Shown here piece after piece: positions 25,561 through 33,825 of a DNA stretch of 64,000 bases (positions are counted from its first letter, which is position 1; the number at the start of each line of letters is the position of its first letter). The notes under the pieces are model-generated. The model was not told the DNA's origin and ran no database searches. It saw only the letters and a program-made list of their open reading frames with translations. Source of the DNA: an uncultured Actinomycetes bacterium (GTDB lineage: Bacteria > Actinomycetota > Thermoleophilia > Gaiellales > Gaiellaceae). The stretch covers positions 398,295 to 462,294 of the forward strand of contig CAWEJU010000015.1 of NCBI GenBank assembly GCA_963809465.1. The letters are read 5' to 3'. The position numbers and the translations under genes are program-made.

Positions 25561-26918
25561 GGCCCGGCGAGCGCCGGCAACCGCGATCCCGCCTCCTCGA
25601 GAAAGGAGGTCGAGTACTCGCCGCTCCGGAACTCGTCGCTGTCGAGAATGTCGAGGAGAACGTCGCGCGTCGTCGGCACGCCCTCGATCTCGAACTCGCT
25701 CAGCGCCCGCAACGCGCGCGCGATCGCGAGCTTGCGGCTGGCGTCGTGGACGATCAGCTTTGCGATCAGCGAGTCGTAGTACGGCGTGATGGTCCTTCCC
25801 TCCTCGACGAAGGTGTCCACCCGCACGCCGGGCCCGAGCGGAGGTCGGAAACGGGTCACCGGCCCGGGGCTCGGGCGGAAGTCCTCCAGCGGGTCCTCCG
25901 CGTTGATGCGCACCTCGATCGCGTGCCCCAGGCGCGGGCCGGAGCGGCCGCCGTGCGCAAGCCTCTCGCCGGCCGCGATCCGCACCTGCTCGCGCACGAG
26001 GTCGATCGAGTTGACGAGCTCGGTCACCGGATGCTCGACCTGCAGCCGCGCATTCAGCTCGATGAACGCGAACGAGCCGTCGGGCCCGACCAGGAACTCG
26101 AACGTGCCGGCGTTGCGGTAGCCGATCCGCTGGCACGCGCGCTCGGCCGCCGCCTCCATCTCCTCGCGCAGCTCGTCGTCGAGCGCGGGCGACGGCGACT
26201 CCTCGACCAGCTTCTGGTGGCGGCGCTGGATCGAGCACTCGCGCTCTCCGCAGGTCAGGACGTTGCCGTGCCCGTCGCAGAGCACCTGGATCTCGATGTG
26301 CCGCGCGGGCGCGATGACCTTCTCCACATACAGCGTCCCGTCGCCGAAGGCGGCCTGCGCCTCGTGCGAGGCGCGCTCGTAGAGGCTCGCGAGATCGGCG
26401 GGATCCCGGACGATGCGCATCCCCTTCCCGCCGCCTCCCGCGGCCGCCTTGAGCAGGATCGGAAAGCCAAGCTCCTCCGCTGCCGCGCTCGCAGCGTCGA
26501 CGCTCGCCGTGCCCTCGGTGCCCGGCACGAGCGGCACGCCGGCAGCCCGCATCTCCGCCTTCGCCTGCGCCTTGTCGCCCATGCGCTCCATCACGTCCGC
26601 GGTGGGGCCGATGAAGACGAGGCCGTTCTCCTCGCACGCGCGCACGAAGGCGGCGTTCTCGGAGAGGAAGCCGTAGCCCGGGTGGACGGCCTCGCAGCCG
26701 GTCGTCTCGGCAGCGGTGACGAGCGCCGGGATGTTGAGGTAGCTCTCAGCGGCCGGCGGCGGGCCGATCCGGACGGAGCGGTCGGCAAGACGCACGTGGA
26801 GCGAGCCCTCGTCCGCCGTCGAGTACACCGCGACCGCCTCGACGCCGAGCTCGTGCAGCGCTCGAATCACGCGGACAGCGATCTCGCCACGGTTCGCTAC
26901 GAGGACACGGGAGAACAC
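25557..26918 (-). CDS. accC: acetyl-CoA carboxylase biotin carboxylase subunit
   Basis: LVANRGEIAVRVIRA N-terminus, ATP-grasp motifs, 453 aa. Confidence 0.95.
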   Translation of the reverse strand: MFSRVLVANRGEIAVRVIRALHELGVEAVAVYSTADEGSLHVRLADRSVRIGPPPAAESYLNIPALVTAAETTGCEAVHPGYGFLSENAAFVRACEENGLVFIGPTADVMERMGDKAQAKAEMRAAGVPLVPGTEGTASVDAASAAAEELGFPILLKAAAGGGGKGMRIVRDPADLASLYERASHEAQAAFGDGTLYVEKVIAPARHIEIQVLCDGHGNVLTCGERECSIQRRHQKLVEESPSPALDDELREEMEAAAERACQRIGYRNAGTFEFLVGPDGSFAFIELNARLQVEHPVTELVNSIDLVREQVRIAAGERLAHGGRSGPRLGHAIEVRINAEDPLEDFRPSPGPVTRFRPPLGPGVRVDTFVEEGRTITPYYDSLIAKLIVHDASRKLAIARALRALSEFEIEGVPTTRDVLLDILDSDEFRSGEYSTSFLEEAGSRLPALAGP

Positions 26919-26924
26919 AGCGAG

Positions 26925-26930
26925 AGTCTA
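26925..26930 (-). promoter_or_regulatory. -10-like TAGACT, 6 nt before the accC GTG (leaderless)
   Basis: Minus strand reads TAGACT-ctcgct-GTG. Confidence 0.45.
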
Positions 26931-26935
26931 CGGAG

Positions 26936-27451
26936 GTGCAGAATCCGCCCATGACGACCAACATGGAACGCGCCTTCGAGGCGCGCCCCGAGGTGTTCGC
27001 GGCCTGGCAGCAGTTGAACGGCGCGATCAAGGCCGGGATGGACTTGCGCCGCTACGAGCTCGCGACACTCGCGGCAGCCCGCAGGTTGCACTCCAGCTAC
27101 TGCAGCCTGATGCACGGGAAGGTGCTGCGCGAGCAGTTCGACGAGCCGGTGGCCGACATCGCACGCGATCGGCGCTCGGCCCCGCTCGACGCGGTCGACG
27201 TCGCGGTCATGGACCTCGCCGAGCGCGTCGTGGACGACGCCACGTCCATCGGCGAGGCCGACCTCCAGCCCCTCCGCGATCTCGGGCTCTCCGACGAGGA
27301 GATCATGGATGTCGTCCTCGCCGCCGCAGCCCGCTGCTTCTTCTCGAAGACGCTCGACGCGCTCGGAGTCTTGCCGGATGCGAGCCTGGCAGAGCTCGAA
27401 CCGGAGCTGCTCGAGGTGCTCGTCGTCGGCCGGCCGATCGCGGAGGAATAG
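26936..27451 (+). CDS. carboxymuconolactone decarboxylase (AhpD-like) family protein
   Basis: CMD-family pattern (RRYELATLAAARRLHSSYCSLMHG..LSDEEIMDVV). The start is ambiguous (GTG 26936, ATG 26951 or ATG 26963). Confidence 0.65.
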   Translation: MQNPPMTTNMERAFEARPEVFAAWQQLNGAIKAGMDLRRYELATLAAARRLHSSYCSLMHGKVLREQFDEPVADIARDRRSAPLDAVDVAVMDLAERVVDDATSIGEADLQPLRDLGLSDEEIMDVVLAAAARCFFSKTLDALGVLPDASLAELEPELLEVLVVGRPIAEE

Positions 27452-27453
27452 CC

Positions 27454-28020
27454 ATGGATGTCCCGGAAGCACAGCTCGAGGAGACGGAACACGGACTGGT
27501 GTACAAGGGCGACGGCTGGTTCGTCGTCAACGCGCAGGAGGTCCGCTGGCGCGAGTGGGAGGGCATCGGCCGCTCGACGAACTTCGGCGGCGACACGATC
27601 TTCGACCAGCTCGGGGTCGGCATCGACGTGCTCGGGCCGGGGCAGCCGATGTCGATGTACCACTGGGAGAGCGACCAGGAGGACTTCCTCGTCCTCTCGG
27701 GCACGGCGACGCTGATCGTTGAGGGCGAAGAGCGGCCGCTCCGGCAGTGGGACTTCGTCCACTGCCCGCCCTACACCGAGCACACGATCGTCGGCGGCCG
27801 CGAGGGCTGCGTCGTCTTCGGCGTCGGCGCCCGCGAGCGCCACACCGAGATCGGCCCCGACGGGGAGCGTCGGGGCAAGGACGGCGAGAGCGAGTACACG
27901 GTGAACGAGACCGCGCTCAAGCACGGCGCCGGGATCGAAGCCGGGACGCCGCAGAACGAGGCCTACTCACGGTTCCCGCCGCGCAGGTACGCCCGCTACG
28001 GCGGTTGGCTGGAGGACTAG
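27454..28020 (+). CDS. cupin domain protein (paralogue of 2547-3125)
   Basis: GGAGGAA SD. WFVVN..EDFLVLSG..LIVEGEERPLRQWDFVHCPPYTEHTIVG. Confidence 0.7.
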   Translation: MDVPEAQLEETEHGLVYKGDGWFVVNAQEVRWREWEGIGRSTNFGGDTIFDQLGVGIDVLGPGQPMSMYHWESDQEDFLVLSGTATLIVEGEERPLRQWDFVHCPPYTEHTIVGGREGCVVFGVGARERHTEIGPDGERRGKDGESEYTVNETALKHGAGIEAGTPQNEAYSRFPPRRYARYGGWLED

Positions 28021-29820
28021 CTAGAGCGCCGGGGGCCCACCCGCGAGCGGCTCGAGCTCGAACAGGAGCTGTCCGAACTCGACCGCCGCGGCGTTCTCGG
28101 CGTGGACGCCGCGCACGACCCCCTCGACGTCCGCCTTCACCTCGTTCATCAGTTTCATGGCCTCGAGGATGCACAACGTCTGGCCCGGCGCGACCACGTC
28201 GCCGACCTCGACGAAGGGCGGTGCGCCCGGCTGCGGGGCCCGGTAGAACGTTCCGACCATCGGCGATTCGACGCGGACGAGCGCACCGGTGAGAGGAGTC
28301 GCGCCCGGCAGCTCCGGCTCCGTGAGGGCGAGCGGCGCCTCGCCCGGCCCGGCCGCGGGAAAGTCGGGCGTCGAGCGGACCGAGATCCGCATGCCGTCCT
28401 CCTCGATCGTCACCTCGCCGATGCCGGACTCCTGCACGATCCGCACGATCTCCTGGACGCGCTGGGAACGGCCTTCGCTCATCCCCACGAGGTCGTCGTC
28501 GCGGCGGCCGCGGCCGCGGATCCCGCGGAGGAGCCGCTCGGCATCCTCGGGGAAGAGACCGAGCAGGAGGAGCTCCTCCTCGCTCGTCGCGACGTCACCG
28601 GCGCGTTCGCGCACCTCGTCGAGCGGCGGCGTCACGTCCTCCTCGCTCTCCGGGTCGGCGGTGAGCTGGACGACCCGCACGAGGGCGGGGTCGATGGGTG
28701 CAGGCGGAGTGCCGAAGGCACCGGACACGAGGCTGCGCACCTCGTCGACGACGGCGAGGTAGCGGCTCGCGGACAGGACGTTGATGATCGCCTGCGAGGC
28801 GAGGACCTGGCCGATCGGCGACGCAAGGGGCGGCCAGCCGGTCTCGGCCCGGATCCGGTCGAGCTCCTCCAGCACCTCGTCGAGCCTGTCGCCGGCGCCC
28901 TCCGCGTGCAGTGAGTGGTCGATCCCGGCGACGACACTCGCCGGCAGGTCGTGACGCGCCGCCAGCACCGCGATGCGCGGGACGAGCGGCGTCACGAGCT
29001 CGTCGCCGATGTGCTCGTCGAGGAGGTCTGTCGCCTCCCAGAGGGCCTCGACGTCCACGCCCGGGTCGAGGCCGGTGCCGCTGAGCGCCTCGGCGAGCGC
29101 CTCACCCGAGACGCGGTGGAGGGTCAGCGCGAGCGGATAGATCGTGCAGGCGATGAGCTGCGCTCCCGCCCGGGCGGCCGCGAGCGCGGCGGCGAGCGCG
29201 CTGCCGCCGGCTCCCTGGAGGTAGATCCCGACCGGAAGCCCGCTCGCCTCGCCGAGCGCCTGCACGAGCTGCTCGGCGGTATGCGGTTGCAGCGAGCCGG
29301 TCGGATCGTGGAGGAGGACGCGCACCGCGCCGAGCTCGGGGAGCATCCGCGCGCGCTCGATCAGCGTCTCGATCTCGCCGGTCCTTCCGGGGCTGTAGAC
29401 GAGGCCGGCCTCGAAGTCGCGGTCGGCGGCGACGATCGCCTCCGCGGCCTCGCGCAGGTTGGAGACGTCGTTGAGCGGGTCGTGCAGCCGGAAGACGTCG
29501 ATCCCGTTCTCCGCGGCCGACGCCACGAAGCGGCGGGAAAAGTCGGCATCGACCGGCCGCGAGCCGACGAGGAAGCGTCCGCGCAGCGCGAGCCCCAGCG
29601 GCGTCTTGACACGCGCTTTCAGCGCTCGGATTCGCTCCCACGGGCTCTCGACCCCGCGCTTGACGGCCGCGTCGAAGCAGCCGCCGCCCGAGACCTCCAG
29701 ATACGCGAAGCCGGCCCGGTCGAGGATCTCCGCGAGCCGAAGCTGCTCCGCCGCCGGAACGCGCCCCGCCAGCGGCTCCTGGCCGAGCAGGCGGATCGTC
29801 GTGTCGGCTAGGGAAGGCAC
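28021..29820 (-). CDS. OadA/PycB-like carboxyltransferase domain (metal ligands substituted) fused to an AccB-type biotin carboxyl carrier
   Basis: The N-terminal ~430 aa align with the oxaloacetate decarboxylase alpha / pyruvate carboxylase B carboxyltransferase domain. The C-terminus SPMVGTFYRAPQPGAPPFVEVGDVV..LCILEAMKLMNEV is AccB-like. Confidence 0.75.
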   Translation of the reverse strand: MPSLADTTIRLLGQEPLAGRVPAAEQLRLAEILDRAGFAYLEVSGGGCFDAAVKRGVESPWERIRALKARVKTPLGLALRGRFLVGSRPVDADFSRRFVASAAENGIDVFRLHDPLNDVSNLREAAEAIVAADRDFEAGLVYSPGRTGEIETLIERARMLPELGAVRVLLHDPTGSLQPHTAEQLVQALGEASGLPVGIYLQGAGGSALAAALAAARAGAQLIACTIYPLALTLHRVSGEALAEALSGTGLDPGVDVEALWEATDLLDEHIGDELVTPLVPRIAVLAARHDLPASVVAGIDHSLHAEGAGDRLDEVLEELDRIRAETGWPPLASPIGQVLASQAIINVLSASRYLAVVDEVRSLVSGAFGTPPAPIDPALVRVVQLTADPESEEDVTPPLDEVRERAGDVATSEEELLLLGLFPEDAERLLRGIRGRGRRDDDLVGMSEGRSQRVQEIVRIVQESGIGEVTIEEDGMRISVRSTPDFPAAGPGEAPLALTEPELPGATPLTGALVRVESPMVGTFYRAPQPGAPPFVEVGDVVAPGQTLCILEAMKLMNEVKADVEGVVRGVHAENAAAVEFGQLLFELEPLAGGPPAL

Positions 29821-29826
29821 GCGCGG

Positions 29827-29832
29827 AGCCTA
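29827..29832 (-). promoter_or_regulatory. -10-like TAGGCT, 6 nt before GTG 29820 (leaderless)
   Basis: Minus strand reads TAGGCT-ccgcgc-GTG. Confidence 0.45.
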
Positions 29833-29873
29833 CCGCGCCTCTGTCCACCCGCCTGGTGAGACGACGAGGGGCG

Positions 29874-29879
29874 TAGACT
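29874..29879 (+). promoter_or_regulatory. -10-like TAGACT (GCGTAGACTCG), 10 nt before ATG 29890
   Basis: TAGACT-cgtcgccgcg-ATG. Confidence 0.4.
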
Positions 29880-29889
29880 CGTCGCCGCG

Positions 29890-30297
29890 ATGCACTCGGC
29901 GGAGGGATGGTGGGCCTTCGGCCTCGCGAGCGTCGGTGTTCTCTGGACGGCCGCGCTCGTTCCCGGCGCGTTCTTCTTTCCCGCCTACAGCGGTGAGGCG
30001 TCGTCGGCAAGCGGCGGGACGATGCACACGACCGACACCCTCGTCGGGGTGAACGGGCTCTGGGTCGTCGTGCCTTTCGTGCTGTTTCTGGCGCTCAGCG
30101 TCGCCGCATGGGTCGGTCTTCACGCAAGTTGCGCAACAGGAAGCCGTCGGGGGAGAACAGTCGGCAACGTCGCAGCCGGGCTCCTCGCCGCAGCCGCAGT
30201 GTTCACCTTTTCAGCCGGATTCTTCGCCCTTCCCGCGGCGGTACTGGTCATCGTCGCCGCGGTGCTGACGCCTGCTCGTCCAACCCGCGAGGCGTAG
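29890..30297 (+). CDS. hypothetical membrane protein (about 4 TM segments)
   Basis: 135-aa ORF with four hydrophobic segments. No family recognised. Confidence 0.55.
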   Translation: MHSAEGWWAFGLASVGVLWTAALVPGAFFFPAYSGEASSASGGTMHTTDTLVGVNGLWVVVPFVLFLALSVAAWVGLHASCATGSRRGRTVGNVAAGLLAAAAVFTFSAGFFALPAAVLVIVAAVLTPARPTREA

Positions 30298-30338
30298 CGG
30301 CACAAGAATCGATCGGTTCCGAACTTCACCGAGGAGTA

Positions 30339-30372
30339 GCGAGCGGACGCCCCGCGGGCCCCGTCCGCTCGC
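30339..30372. terminator. bidirectional GC-rich hairpin between convergent genes
   Basis: GCGAGCGGACG (30339-30349) pairs with CGTCCGCTCGC (30362-30372) around a 12-nt loop. It lies 2 nt after the efp stop. Confidence 0.5.
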
Positions 30373-30374
30373 CG

Positions 30375-30941
30375 CTACGCGCGCGAGATGTAGCGCTTCT
30401 CACGGGGATCGACCTTGAGCCGATCCCCCACGTTCACGAAGAGCGGCACCTGGACCACGCCGCCCGTCTCGAGCGTCGCGGGCTTCGTCACGTTGGAGAC
30501 CGTGTCGCCCTTGACGCCGGGCTCGGTCTCGACGACGGTCAGCTCCACCGACGCCGGCATCTGCACGCCCGACGGCTTTCCGTTGACGGCGAGCACCTGT
30601 ACCGTCGCGTTCGGCTGCATGAACGGAAGCTCGTCCGCCAGGTCGGCATGCGGGACGGCGAATTGCTCGTACGTCTCCGAGTCCATGAAATGCACCTCGG
30701 AGCCGTCGTCGTAGAGGTACTGGACGTTCTTCGTCTCGGTGTGCACGCGCGGGAACTTCTCCCCGGCGCGGAACGTGCGGTCGACGACGGCGCCCGCGTC
30801 GAGGCTCTTGAGCTTCGTCCGGACGAACGCGCCACCCTTGCCGGGCTTCACGTGCTGGAACTCGACGATTCGCCAGACCTTGCCGTCGAGCTCGATGTGC
30901 ATCCCGTTCTTGAAGCTGTTCGTGTCTACCGTCTCGGCCAC
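30375..30941 (-). CDS. efp: elongation factor P
   Basis: FKNGMHIELDGKVWRIVEFQHVKPGKGGAFVRTKLK is the canonical EF-P N-terminus. Confidence 0.95.
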   Translation of the reverse strand: MAETVDTNSFKNGMHIELDGKVWRIVEFQHVKPGKGGAFVRTKLKSLDAGAVVDRTFRAGEKFPRVHTETKNVQYLYDDGSEVHFMDSETYEQFAVPHADLADELPFMQPNATVQVLAVNGKPSGVQMPASVELTVVETEPGVKGDTVSNVTKPATLETGGVVQVPLFVNVGDRLKVDPREKRYISRA

Positions 30942-30949
30942 GGCGCACG

Positions 30950-30955
30950 ATGGTA
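30950..30955 (-). promoter_or_regulatory. -10-like TACCAT, 8 nt before the efp GTG
   Basis: Minus strand reads TACCAT-cgtgcgcc-GTG. Confidence 0.35.
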
Positions 30956-30956
30956 G

Positions 30957-31997
30957 CTAGCCGACGGTCACGAGCTCCTTCGTGAACCGGACGGGGTTCT
31001 CGATCCCGTCGGGCGTCACGATCACGTCGTCCTCGATCCGGATGCCGAAGCGGCCGCTGAGATAGACGCCGGGCTCGACCGTCGCGACGTTGCCGGCGGC
31101 GAGCGTGTCGGGGCTCTCCGTGGACAGACGCGGCGCCTCGTGGACGTCGAGCCCCAGTCCGTGCCCGAGCCCGTGCCCGAAGGTGCCCGCGAACGGGCTC
31201 TCCTCGATGACGCGGCGGGCGGCGGCGTCCGCCTCCTTGCCTGTCACGCCGGCGCGGATCGCGTCGAGCCCCGCCTGCTGCGCGGCACGTACGACCTCGT
31301 ACGCCTCCCGCTGCTCGGAGTCGAGATCGCCCGTGGCGAGGGTCCGAGTGTAGTCGGAGACGTACCCGTCGACACGGCAGCCGGTGTCGATCACGACGAG
31401 CTCGCCCGGCTGGATGACCCGGTCGCCGGCGCGCGCGTGCGGCCGCGCGCCCGTCGGGCCAGAGCCGACGATTGCCTCGAAGGCCGGCTCCACCGCGCCC
31501 TCTTCGTGGTAGAGCCGCGTGATATCCCAGGCGACGTCGCGCTCGGGCCGGCCGACGAACCGCACCTCGGCCACGAGCCGCTCGAACATCCGGTCGGTGA
31601 TCGCACAGGCGCGGCGGAACGCCTCGAGCTCGTCCTCGTCCTTGACGGCGCGCAGCTGCTCGACGAGCCCCTTGCGCGGCACGAGCTCGACGCCGCCGCT
31701 CCGCAGCTCCTCGGCGAATGAGAACGGCAGAACGTTCGCCTCGAAGCCGACCCGGCCCTCCAGCTCCTCCGAGAGCCAGCCGATCAGCGAACGCTTCGTC
31801 TGCACCGTCTCGACGCCCTCGATCCCCTGAGCCGTCTCGATGTAGCGGAAGTCGGTGAAGAGGCGCACGCGGTCGGGCTCGACGAACAGCGCCGCGTTCG
31901 AGCTGTCCAGGCCGGTCAGGTAGAGGACGTTGACGAGGTTCGTGACGAGCAGCGGCTCCTCGAGCAAGGTGCGCAGCCGGCCGATCCTCGAGCTCAC
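30957..31997 (-). CDS. pepP: Xaa-Pro aminopeptidase (M24B)
   Basis: M24 metal-ligand motifs (DTGC..DGY.SD, HGLGHGLGLDVHE, EPG.Y). GTGA overlap with aroQ. Confidence 0.85.
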   Translation of the reverse strand: MSSRIGRLRTLLEEPLLVTNLVNVLYLTGLDSSNAALFVEPDRVRLFTDFRYIETAQGIEGVETVQTKRSLIGWLSEELEGRVGFEANVLPFSFAEELRSGGVELVPRKGLVEQLRAVKDEDELEAFRRACAITDRMFERLVAEVRFVGRPERDVAWDITRLYHEEGAVEPAFEAIVGSGPTGARPHARAGDRVIQPGELVVIDTGCRVDGYVSDYTRTLATGDLDSEQREAYEVVRAAQQAGLDAIRAGVTGKEADAAARRVIEESPFAGTFGHGLGHGLGLDVHEAPRLSTESPDTLAAGNVATVEPGVYLSGRFGIRIEDDVIVTPDGIENPVRFTKELVTVG

Positions 31998-32425
31998 GTC
32001 CCGTGCTCCTTGAGAAAGTCGAGCGCCATCTTGTAGCCGTCGGGGCCGTGGCCGACGAAGCGGGCGGCCACGAGGTCGGCGACGACCGAGTGCTGCCTCC
32101 ACTCCTCGCGCTCGTCGACGTTCGAGAGGTGAACCTCGACGATGGGGATCGTGAGCGGCTCGAGCGCGTCGTGGATCGCCCACGCGTAGTGGGTCCAGGC
32201 CGCAGGGTTGACGACGACCCCGTCGACGGTGTCGTACGCGTCATGGCACCACTTGACGTACTCGCCCTCGTCGTTCGACTGGCGACACTGGACGGTGAGC
32301 TCGAGCTGCCTCGCCCATTCGTAGATGCGGCTCTCGAGCTCGGCGATCGTGAGCCCGCCGTAGACGCTGGGGTCGCGGCGCCCGAGGACGTCCAGGTTCA
32401 CGCCGTTGAGAACCGAGACCCTCAC
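31994..32425 (-). CDS. aroQ: type II 3-dehydroquinate dehydratase
   Basis: VLNGVNLDVLGRRDP..YGG and VEVHLSNV motifs. Confidence 0.95.
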   Translation of the reverse strand: MRVSVLNGVNLDVLGRRDPSVYGGLTIAELESRIYEWARQLELTVQCRQSNDEGEYVKWCHDAYDTVDGVVVNPAAWTHYAWAIHDALEPLTIPIVEVHLSNVDEREEWRQHSVVADLVAARFVGHGPDGYKMALDFLKEHGT

Positions 32426-33825
32426 GCGATCAACCTATCGAGTTCGCGGCGCACGTCGGCCTCGGGGAGAACGACGCCGCGCTCGGGCCCGTTGGCACCG
32501 AGGAGGACGAAGCGCGGCTCCCCGCCACGCGCCTTCTTGTCGCGTCGCATCGCCTGCCACGCGAGCTCGCGGTCGACGCGCGCCGGCTCGGGCCGCAGCA
32601 CCTCCTCGACGACCCGCGTGTCGCGACCGGACAGACGCAGCGCGGCGAGCAGGCCGAGCGCGACGGCACGCCCGTGCGTCAGCCCCTCGTAGCCGGCGGC
32701 GGCTTCGAGCGCATGCGCAAACGTGTGGCCGAGGTTCAACAGCGTCCGCTCGCCGCGCTCGAAGGGGTCCCGCAGGCAGATCGCCGCCTTGAAGGCGGTC
32801 GAGCGACGGACGAGCTCGTCGTCGGGGAGCTCCCAGAACGGCTCGTCCGCGAGGAGCCCGACCTTCACGACCTCCGCCATTCCCTCCAGCCGCTGGGGCT
32901 CGGGGAGCGTCTCGAGCAGCGCCGGGTCGACCACCGTCCGGTCGGGCCAGTGGAAGGAGCCGACGAGGTTCTTCCCCTGGGGCAGGTCGATCGCCGTCTT
33001 GCCGCCGATGGCCGCGTCGACCTGGGCGACGAGGCTCGTCGGCACGGGGGTCCAGGCGACGCCGCGGAGATACGTCGCCGCGGCGAAGCCCGCGGCATCC
33101 GTCGTGCAGCCGCCCCCGAGAGCGACGATCGTCCCGCTCCGGTCGAGGCGCAGCTCCTGCCAGAGGCGGTCGACGGCGGCCAGCGTCTTTGCCTCCTCGC
33201 CGGGCGGCAGCTCGTGCGTCTCGGCGAGGCGCACACCAAGCGCGAGCTGCGCGTCCATGCCATGGATGCCCGCCACCTGCGGATCGGAGACGAGCGCGAC
33301 CGGCCCGTCGCCGGGGACGAGCTCGCCGAGCCGCTGCAGGGCGCCGCGCTCGAGATGGACGCCGGCGGCGGCGAGGACGACATCGTCCACGTCGCCGGCT
33401 CTCGCGTCCGCAACCTCGGCGTAGAGGGGCGCGCGCAACTCGAAGCGGCGCCGGAACTCGGCCTCGTCCTGCGCCAGCGGCCGCGAGCTGCGCCGAACCC
33501 GTTCCCACGCCGTCTCCACTTCCACGGGGAGATGGACGACGGTCGCGCGGTCGTCGCGCAGGAGGCCGGTCGTCTCCACGGCCCCGCCGCCCACGGCTAT
33601 CACCGCGGGACCCGTCCGAGCGAGCGCCTCGTGCACGAACCGCGCCTCGACTTCGCGGAAGGCGGCCTCGCCCTGCTTCGCGAAGAGCTCCGGGATCGGG
33701 CCGTGCTCGCGCGCGATGGCCTCGTCGACGTCGACGAACGGCCGATCGAGCCGGCGCGCGGCTTCGCGCCCGACCGTGGTCTTCCCCGCGCCCATGAAGC
33801 CGACGAGGAGGACGTGCCTCGTCAG
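32422..33825 (-). CDS. aroK-aroB: bifunctional shikimate kinase / 3-dehydroquinate synthase
   Basis: P-loop LVGFMGAGKTTVG, then AroB motifs (GGG...D.AGF.A, VDAAIGGKT). The start is uncertain: CTG 33825 overlaps the aroC TGA, while the only upstream ATG (33936) would overlap aroC by 115 nt. Confidence 0.85.
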   Translation of the reverse strand: MTRHVLLVGFMGAGKTTVGREAARRLDRPFVDVDEAIAREHGPIPELFAKQGEAAFREVEARFVHEALARTGPAVIAVGGGAVETTGLLRDDRATVVHLPVEVETAWERVRRSSRPLAQDEAEFRRRFELRAPLYAEVADARAGDVDDVVLAAAGVHLERGALQRLGELVPGDGPVALVSDPQVAGIHGMDAQLALGVRLAETHELPPGEEAKTLAAVDRLWQELRLDRSGTIVALGGGCTTDAAGFAAATYLRGVAWTPVPTSLVAQVDAAIGGKTAIDLPQGKNLVGSFHWPDRTVVDPALLETLPEPQRLEGMAEVVKVGLLADEPFWELPDDELVRRSTAFKAAICLRDPFERGERTLLNLGHTFAHALEAAAGYEGLTHGRAVALGLLAALRLSGRDTRVVEEVLRPEPARVDRELAWQAMRRDKKARGGEPRFVLLGANGPERGVVLPEADVRRELDRLIA

